From Dehalococcoidia bacterium (lineage in GTDB: Bacteria; Chloroflexota; Dehalococcoidia; UBA2979), in contig OZ244720.1 of assembly GCA_965219085.1 (NCBI GenBank), forward strand, positions 768,001 through 832,000: a DNA stretch of 64,000 nucleotides, read 5' to 3'. Each line of letters begins with the position of its first letter. Position 1 is the stretch's first letter. Positions 53,071 to 62,700 of the stretch are shown piece after piece. A program made the translations under genes and the position numbers. The notes below the pieces were generated by a model. The model was not told the DNA's origin. It did not search any database and worked only from the letters and a program-made list of their open reading frames with translations.

Positions 53071-53354
53071 TACGCCCCCGGCCGCGCCGTAAGCGACCTT
53101 CGTCGCCGCGGCAATGGGGAACAAACAGGACGGCCCCGGCGTCACGAGCGTCCTCGGAGGGCGACACGGACCTGCCCAGCGGCAGCTCCACCCGAGGCCG
53201 GGTCGTGGTCGGGGGCTCGGCCACGGGCGCCATCGACGCCTTGCAGGGCAAGAGGAAAAGCCCGAGCGGACACGCGGCGCTGGGGCATCCTCCCCCTGTT
53301 AGGCGGCCCTCGCGATCAGGAGCACGTCCGCGACCGCCGCCGCCCGCCTGCGCA

Positions 53355-53406
53355 CCTTGACCAAAATGTATTATGTCATTGACACACATCGTGCGCGCCC
53401 GGTTCC
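53355..53406 (+). promoter_or_regulatory. TTGAC-N17-TTGAC motif, copy 3
   Basis: TTGAC at 53357 and 53379; shares ATTATGTCATTGAC.CACATC.TGCGCG with copy 2. Confidence 0.7.
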
Positions 53407-53434
53407 CTTGTCCCGCCCGGAGAAGAAGCAGCAA

Positions 53435-53462
53435 CCCGCCGGCTGGCCCGGCGGGACTTTTT
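53435..53462 (+). terminator. Intrinsic-terminator-like hairpin in the leader of the third giant gene
   Basis: CCCGCCGG-ctggc-CCGGCGGG followed by ACTTTTT. Confidence 0.45.
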
Positions 53463-53766
53463 GTACGCACGCAGAGGTGTTGGCATGGCGCTCGACCGCT
53501 CCACCGCCGCAGCGTGCCGCCGGGCTCACTCCGTCCGTGGCGCCCGCAGCCGCTGCGGCGTCGACGTGCTTTACCCCTCCGTACATGCGTTCTGTCGCCT
53601 GGCCTCCCGCCTCCGCGCCGCAGACGTGAGCCGGGGCCCGGCCTCCGGCGTGCGGCCTGCGACATCATGGCTCCCTCCTGTCTCGGGATCAGATTGTTGA
53701 TCACGCCACAAGTCCATGCGTCGTGCTGCGCTTCGTGGGGGCGGGCACTGTGAGCGCCTCAGCCAG

Positions 53767-56700
53767 ATGACCAGCAGCCGACGACGCAGGGCGGCGGGGA
53801 CTGTTCTGGTCGCGCTGAGCGCGGTCGCGGCCTGGGCGATCCTGTTCCTGCCGGTCTCAGCTCAGGCCAGCACCGACGCCACGCTCAGCGCGCTCACGGT
53901 CAGCCCCGAGAACATCGAGGATTTTGACAAGGACACGACCGAGTACGCCGTCGCCGTCGAGAATTCGGAGACGGCGGCCACGCTGACGCCGACCGCGAGC
54001 GACTCCGGCGCGACGATCAGCGTCGGGGGCACGGCGGTGACGAGCGGCAGCGGGCACCAGGTCACGCTCGCGGAGGGCCACAACGTCGTCGAGATCGTGG
54101 TCACGGCCGCCGATCGGACCAGCACCAAGACCTACACGCTCACGATCGTGCGCTTTGCCGAGTACGTGCACAAACTCGTCGATGATATCGGGATCATCCC
54201 GGAGCTCATGGTTGGATCGCGAACCCTGCGCGGCATCACGTCCGACGGCGAGACCATGTGGGTCGTGTCGCCTGCCGACACTGACTGGGTATACGCATTC
54301 AAGATGGCGACCGGCGCGCCCGACTCATCCGGGCACATCAACGTGCACGCCCTCACCCATGCGGATGAGGGTGGCGCGCCGCCCAACTACGCCCCCCAGG
54401 GGATCTGGGTCGGCGACCGGATCATGCTGCTCAGCAACAACTCAACAACTATTCCCACGCTGTTCGCGTACAGATTCGACCCCGCTTCTTCGAGCTGGAG
54501 CCGCGCGCAAGGCGACGATGTCACCGCCACGAAGGACGCCAGGAACACCAGGCCAAGAGGGATCTGGTCCGACGGCCGCTTCATTTGGGTAGCCAACGAC
54601 GGGCTAGCCCGTACCGGTGAACAGAAGAAGATCTTTGCCTACAACTTGGACAACGAGCGAGTCGAGAGCGAGGACTTCAACACGCTGGCCGCCGGAAACG
54701 AAGAGCCCAAGGGTATCTGGTCGGACGGCGAGATCATGTGGGTGGCGGACGCAGACAAAACGATTTACGCCTACGACATGCTGACCAAGGAGCATTTGCC
54801 TGCGAAGGACTTCCCAGCGCTCAGTGCGGCCGTGTGGGGCATCTGGTCGGACGGCGAGACGATGTGGGCCTTGAAACCCAGCGGCAGCGACGGTGAAATC
54901 AGGTCCTACGTGATGCCGCGTTCGTCGAACGCCGACCTGAGCTCGGTCAGCCTGGATGGGATGGAGAACCCGCATTTCGACCCGCAGGAGACCTCGCTGA
55001 CCCTGGCGACCGACGACCTGACGGCGGTGGTCACGGTCGTGGCGCGGACGCGCCACTTCCGCGCCCAGGCGGCGATCACGCCCGCCGACGCCAACGCGAC
55101 GATGGAGGGACACCAGGTCAACCTGGCAACCGATACCGAGGTCACCGTCACGGTCACGGCGCAGGACGGGACGACGACGAAGACGTACATATTCGAGATC
55201 GGTACCGCGCCGGGGGCGCCCTCGGTCACCTTGACGGCCAATCTTGGATTGATCAGCGTCGACTGGTCGGCGCCCTCCGCCACCGGCAGCGACGACATCA
55301 CCTCCTACGACGTGCGCCATCGCCGCGCCGGCGCCTCCGGCGGCTGGACGCTGCTGGAAGATGTCGGAACCGTGCAGAGCGGCGGCACGTTCTCGTACAC
55401 GATCCAGAATCTGACCGGCGGCCAGGAGTACGACGTGCAGGTGCGGGCGCGCAACCGGATCGGCGCCGGGCCCTGGTCGGCCAGCATGACGGCGACACCG
55501 CAGTCGGCGACGCCGCAAAGCGCGCCGCGGTCGGTCATGGTCGGCGCCGTCGACGGCGAGCCGTCCCTCAACGTCACCTGGTCGGCGCCGGCCGATGCCG
55601 CCAACTACACGATCAGCGGCTACGACCTGCGCTACATCCTGACCTCGGCGGACGAGTCGGCCGACGCCAACTGGACGCTCGTGGACGACGCCTCGACGAG
55701 CGCCGGCTCACGCTCGTACAAGATTGAGAGCCTGCGGCCAGGCGAGTCCTACGACGTGCAGGTGCGGGTGGCCAACAGCGCCGGCGACGGACCCTGGTCG
55801 GCCACGGTGACGGGAACACCGAACGGCCCGGAGGTCAGCATCACAGCGAGCCCGACGACGGTGACCGAGGGCGAAGACTTCTCCCTCACCGTGGAGCGCA
55901 GCTTCAGCACGGACGCGGCGCTCGTTGTGACGGTCAACTTGAGCGAGAGCGGGGACGTGATCGTCGAGGCGGGTGAAGGCGAGATGACGCTCACGATTCC
56001 GGCCAACCAGACGGCATCGCAGCCGAGCTCCCAGACGACGCAGGGGGACTCCGATTGGGAAGCACACTCCACGGTCACGCTCGCGATCGTGGCCGACAGC
56101 GCCTACACGATCTCCGCTTCAGCCGGCTCGGTCGCCGTAGTGGTGCAGGACGACGATTTCCCCGCGGCGACGGCGGAGATCAGCGTCGATCCGGCGAGCC
56201 TCGCGGAGGGCGACTCGGTGACGGCGACGGTCACGGTCACCACCGCGCGGCTGGAGGAGCCGCATGCGGACGGCGGGGAACTGCTCGTCACGCTGGGCGG
56301 CACGGCGACATCGGCGTCCGACTATGCCGCGGTCACGACGGCGGAGGCGACGCTGAACTTCGTCGTCGCCGACTTTGCCGAGACCGACGTCAACGGCACG
56401 AACCTGTACCGCGCCACGAAGACGGTGACGACGACGGTCGTGGATGACGAGGACCAGGAGGACGCGGAGACGATCGTCTTCACGCTCGGCGCCGTGACCA
56501 GCGGGACCTCCCCGACGGCCGCCGCGATCAGCCTGGGGACCAGCAGCGCGACCGCCACGATCAGCGCCAGCGACCAGCCGGCCGCCTCGACCGACGCCAG
56601 CCTGAGCGGGCTGAGCCTGAGCGCGGGCGCGCTTGTGCCGGGGTTCGGCAGCGACATCTTCGAGTACACGGCAGACGTCGACTACGCGGCCCATCAGATC

Positions 56701-59700
56701 ACGGTCACGCCGGCGAAGAACCACGGGAGCGCGACGGTTGAGTTCCTCTACAGCAGCGACGCCGCCATCGATGACGCCAACGACGACGTCGAGGGTCAGC
56801 AGGTGAACCTGAACGTGGGCTCGAAAGTCATCAAGATCAAGGTGACGGCGGAAGACGGAGCCACGATCCTGACCTACAGCGTGACGGTCACGCGGGCGAC
56901 GCCCGAGGTCAGCATCTCCTCCGTCGGCTTCGATACCGAGGGCGACGCCGCCGTGTTCATCGTGAGCCGCAACGTGGCCGTGCCGGAGGAGCTGACGGTC
57001 GCGATTTTCGTGAGCGAGACGGGGAACATGGTGCCGGCGGGAAGCGGGGGCGCGGGCCAAAGGACTGTCAGGATCCGGAACGGAAACGCTTCGAGAAGCC
57101 TGAGCGTCACCACCACCGGGAACGAGACCTGGCAAGCCCACTCGACCGTGACTGCGGACATCTTGCGCAGAAGCCATTACTCGATCGCGACGGGCGCCGG
57201 CACAGCCCGGCGCGTGGTCGCGGACGACGATTTCCCAGCCGCTACGGCAGTCCTGGACCTCCCGCCCAACCCGGTTGGGGAGGGCGATCCGATCACGGCG
57301 ACGGTGACGATCACGACCACGCGCGACGAGATGCCGCACCGGGCGGGCGGCCAGATCCTGGTCAGCACCACCGACGGGACGGCGACGGCCGGCGCGGACT
57401 ACACAGCTCTCACAGAGGAGACGGGCACAGTCGAGTTCGACGACAACTTCAGCCGAGTCGACACCGGCGGAGGAGTGATGCGCTACCGGGCCAGCCGAAC
57501 GCTGAACATCGCCACTCTTGATGACTCGAACCAGGAGCCAGCGGAAACGGTCGTCGTTTCGTTGGCGCCGGTCAACACGGGGTCATCGCAGACCGCCCCC
57601 GGCATCATCGTGCCGACTGGCACCCAAACGGCGACGATCAGCGCCAGCGACCAAATAACCGCCTCCGACGACGCCGACTTGAATGGGCTGACGCTGAGCG
57701 CCGGCACGCTCTCGCCGGGGTTCAGCAGCAGCGTGCTGACATATACGGCGCAGGTGGACTACGAGACCGAGCGGATCACCGTCACGCCGGCGAAGAGCGA
57801 CGGCAACGCGCGCGTTTCGTACCCCAACACCTCGGACGCAGACGCCGTTGCCGCCGGTCACCAGGTCAACCTGGCCGTGGGGTCAAACGAGATTCAGATC
57901 AAGGTGACGGCGGAAGACAGAACCACGACCCAGACCTACAGCGTGACGGTGACGCGCGCAGCCGCATCCAGCGACGCCACGCTCATCAGCCTGAGTCTCA
58001 GCGTGGGCACGCTCGACCCGGCGTTTTCGGGCAGCACGACGTCCTATACGGCGGCAGCGGCCTACGCGGTCACACGGATCACCGTCACGCCGGCGACGAG
58101 CGACACCGACGCGACGGTCGACTATCCCACCACCACGGACGCCGATACCAACGCGGCGGGACACCAGGTCGCCCTGGACGTGGGTTCGAACCAGATCCAG
58201 ATTGAGGTGACGGCGCAAGACGGGAGCACGACCGAGACCTACAGCGTCACGGTCACGCGAGCAAAGCCGGTGGTGAGGATCGGCTTTGGCCCCGCGGTCA
58301 GCATTGGTCTCCGCGCGCTGGAGATTTTCGAGGGCACCGAACTCGTGTTCACCGTGCACCGCAACGCGGCGGTGGCCGAGAGCCTGTACGTGAAGGTCTC
58401 GATCAGCGAGCTGGGGGCGATGGTGCCGTCCCACGCAGAGGGCCGGAAGACAGTCACGATCGACGCGGACAAGACCTCGGCCGGGTTCCGGGTTGCGACC
58501 GTCGGGGACACGGTCTGGGAGGCTCACTCGACGGTCACGGCGACGATCGATGCGGACGACGCCTACACGATCGCTTCGGCGCAGGGCACCGCCTCGATCG
58601 AGGTGCTGGACGACGACTTCCCGTCCGCGACGGCGGAACTGAGCGTCTCAGAAACCAATGTCAACGAGGGCGACGTCATCGATCTGACGGTCACGATCAC
58701 GACCACGCGAGACGAGCAGCCGCATGGGAACAGCGGCGATATCGAGATCAGGACCCAGGACATCGGCACTACGGCTTCGGACTACGTCGTGATCGTGCCC
58801 GGCGGGGGCAACCTCGACTTCACCGCGCGCAACCTCGACTTCGACGCGGGTGACTTCAATCGCCTCGATATCGGCGGCGGCACGATGCGTTACCAAGCAG
58901 ACAAGACGGCCACGCTGCTGATCGTGGACGACACGGAGCAAGAGGTTCGGGAGGAACGGTTCTTCGTCAGCATCGGACAGGTGCGTTCGGGCGATTCGCC
59001 AACGGCCAACGGCATCTCGGTGTCATCGGGCCGGACGATTGTTACGATCAGCCCGAACGACCAATCGAATGATGCGACATTGGCCAGCCTGAGCCTGAGT
59101 CCGGGCACGCTCACGCCGGGTTTCTACAGCGGCACGCTCGTCTACAGCGCGACAGTCGGGTACGAGGACGAGCAGATCACCGTCCAGGCGACGCTCAGCG
59201 ACAGCGACGCTAACCTTGAATATCTCGACAACAACAACGACGCTCTCCTCGACGCCGGCAACGCCAGCGACCACCAGGTGAACCTGGACGTGGGCGTGAA
59301 CGTCTTCAAGATCAAGGTCACGGCGGCGGACGACGCCACGACCCAGACCTACACGATCACGGTCACGCGGGCCAAGCCGGAAGTCAGCATCAGCGCGGAC
59401 GCGGCCACGGTGACCGAGGGCGACGGGTTCGACTTCACGGTCACTCGCAACGCGGCGGTGGATGAAGCGCTGGAGGTCAAGATCAACATTGCCGAGAGCG
59501 GCGACATGGTCGATGACGGTACCTACGAGGGCGACCAGACCGTCACGATCGCGGCCGGTCAGACGTCGACCACGTACACCATCGCGACCGAAGACGACTC
59601 CGCCTGGGAAGCGCATTCGGACGTCTCGGCGACGATCACGACCGACGACACCTACACGATCGCCACTGGCGTGGGCGCGGTCACAAAGCAAGTGCTGGAC

Positions 59701-62700
59701 GATGAGTTCCCCTCTGCAGCGGCGGTCCTCAGCGTCTCGCCGGCGAGCGTCGAGGAGGGCGGCACGGTCACGGCCACGCTCACCGTCACCACGGCGGACA
59801 ACCAGATGCCGCACCGCAACGGGGGCGACATCCAGGTCAATACGGCGGACGGCACGGCGACGGCGGGCAACGACTACACGGCGGTCTCCTCGCAGCGGGT
59901 CAGGGTCGAGGCCGACGAGTTCGTACGGGCTAGCGTCGGCGGAGCCACCCGCTACCGCTTCGAGGAACAGATCCCAATCCAGATCACGGACGACAGCGAT
60001 AGCGAAGGCGCCGAGATGTTCAGCGTCAGGTTGGCGCGGCGGCTGTCCGGTTCGTACGCGACGGTGACGGCGATCAGCGTCGATACGGCCGCTTCGACGG
60101 TCACGATCAACGAGAACGACCGCTCCGGCGTGGCCACGTTGAGCGGCCTGACCCTGAGCACGGGCGCGCTGTCGCCGGGATTCGGATCGGGCACGCTCGA
60201 CTACAGCGCCAGCGTCGGCTACGGCACGAACCAGGTCACCGTCAGACCGAGCAAGAGCGACGCGACCGCGGAACTCGAGTACCTCGACGGCGACGGCAAC
60301 GCGCTTGACGACGCGGACAGCAGCTCCAGGTTCCAGGTCGACCTGGCTGTGGGGATGACCGTCTTCAAGATCAAGCTGACGGCCGAGGACGGCTCCTCGA
60401 CGCAGACCTACACGATCACGGTGACGCGGGCGAAGCCGGAGGTCAGCATTGAAGTGGCGGCTGACGAGATCAAGGAATGGCAGCCGGTCGTGTTCACCGT
60501 GAGCCGCGACGAATCCGCGCCCGAGCCCCTCGACGTCATCGTCGAGGTGAGCGAGTCGGGCACGATGGTGTCGGCCGCCAACGAGGGAAGCACCACGGTC
60601 ACGATCGCGGCCGACGCGACCTCGCAGACGCTTGAGCTGCCGACCGTGAAGGACGACGACTGGGAGGAGCACTCGACGGTCAAGGCGGAGATCACGGACA
60701 ACGACGCGTACACGATCGCGTCCGGCGCTGCCACGGCCTCGAAGCAGGTGATCGACAACGACTTCCCCCGGGCGACGGCCGTGCTGCGCGCCGCGCCGAA
60801 CCCGGTCGCGGAGGGCGGCACGCTGACGGCGACGGTTTGGATCACCACCCTTGAGGAGCAAATGCCGCACACCGATGGCGGCGCGATCGTGGTCGGCACC
60901 GCGGTCGGCACAGCGTCGGCCGCCGACTTCACAGCCCTGACGACCGCGACCGGGACGCTTGAGTTCGACGCCGGCGATTTCAGCCGGGAAGACATCGGCG
61001 GCGGAGATATACGCTGGGTCGCCGGGCAGGATGCGACGGTGGCGATCACGGACGACAGCGACCAGGAAGACGTGGAGCGCTTCACCGTCACGATGGCGAG
61101 AGTCCTTTCAGGCCAGTCGAAAACCCATGACGCGATCACCTTCGGGGTCAATTCCGGCTCCGTCGAGGTCAGGATCAGCTCCAGCGACCAGCCGACCGTC
61201 TCAACCGACGCCTCGCTGGGCGGCCTGACCCTGAGCGCGGGCAGGCTCACGCCGACGTTCGCGAGCGCTACAACTTCATATAGCGCTTCAGTCCCGTACC
61301 CGGTATCGGAGCTGACCGTCACGGCGGCGACCGGCCACGCGAAGGCAAACATTGACTACCTGGACAGCAGCGACGCCAAAATCACGGACGCCGACGACAA
61401 CACCGACGGTCAGCAGTTGAAGCTAGCCGTAGGCACGAACGTGATCAAGATCAAGGTCACGGCCGAGGACGCTACCACGACCACTACGTACACCCTGACG
61501 ATCACGCGCGCGGCCGCCTCGACCGACGCCAACCTGAGCAATCTGACCCTGAGCGCGGGCACACTGTCGCCGGGCTTCGCGGCCCCTACAGCCACGTACG
61601 CCGTGTCCGTCAGATACGACGTGACGCGCATCACCGTCACGCCCGTGAAATCGGACGACAACGCAACGCTTGACTACCTGGACAGCAGCGACAATGTCCT
61701 CGCGGATGCCGACGACAACGCCCCCGGTCAGCAGGTGGACCTGGCCGTGGGCGGGAACGTGATCCAGATCGAGGTGACGGCGGAGGACGAGGCCACAAAC
61801 CGGACCTACACGGTGACCGTGACGCGAGCCAACGCCAACGCGGCGCCGTCGTTCAGCTCATCGGCGACGTTCGACGCGGCGGAGAACCAGACGGCGGCGG
61901 GCACGGTGCTGGCGACGGACTCCGATGCGGATGACGACGTGACGGGCTACGCGATCACCGGCGGCGCGGACCAGGCGTTCTTCTCGATCGGGGCGACCTT
62001 GGGGGCGCTGACCTTCGACGCGGCGCCCAACTACGAGGACGCCCAGGACCAGGGGAGCAACAACACCTACGTGGTGGAGGTGACGGCGACGAGCGGGACG
62101 GGGACGCGGGAGAAGACGGCGACGCAGACGATCACGGTGACGGTGACCGACGTGAACACGGAGGCGCCGGACCAGCCGGGGGCGCCGTCGGTGGCGGCGG
62201 CGTCGGCGACCAGCCTGACGGTGAACTGGGCGGCGCCGGGCAACGCAGGTCCGGCGATCACGGACTACGACGTGCAGTACCGGGCGGGCACGAGCGGGGG
62301 CTGGAGCACGAAGAGCCACAGCGGCACGGCCACAGCTACGACGCTGACGGGCCTGTCGGAGGACACCTCCTACCAGGTGCAGGTGCGGGCGACGAACGAC
62401 GAGGGCACGGGCTCCTGGTCGGACGCGGGCAGCGGCACCACGGACGCCAACGCGGCGCCGTCGTTCAGCTCCCCGGCGACGTTCGACGCGGCGGAGAACG
62501 GCACGGAGGTGGCCATGGTGATGGCGTCGGACAGCGATTCGGAAGACAAGATCGAGCGTTACGACATCACCGGCGGCGCGGATCAGGCGTTCTTCCTGGT
62601 CATCGCGTCGTCGGGGCATCTGGAGTTCAGAGACGCGCCGAACTACGAGGACGCCCAGGACCAGGGGAGCAACAACACCTACGTGGTGGAGGTGACGGCG

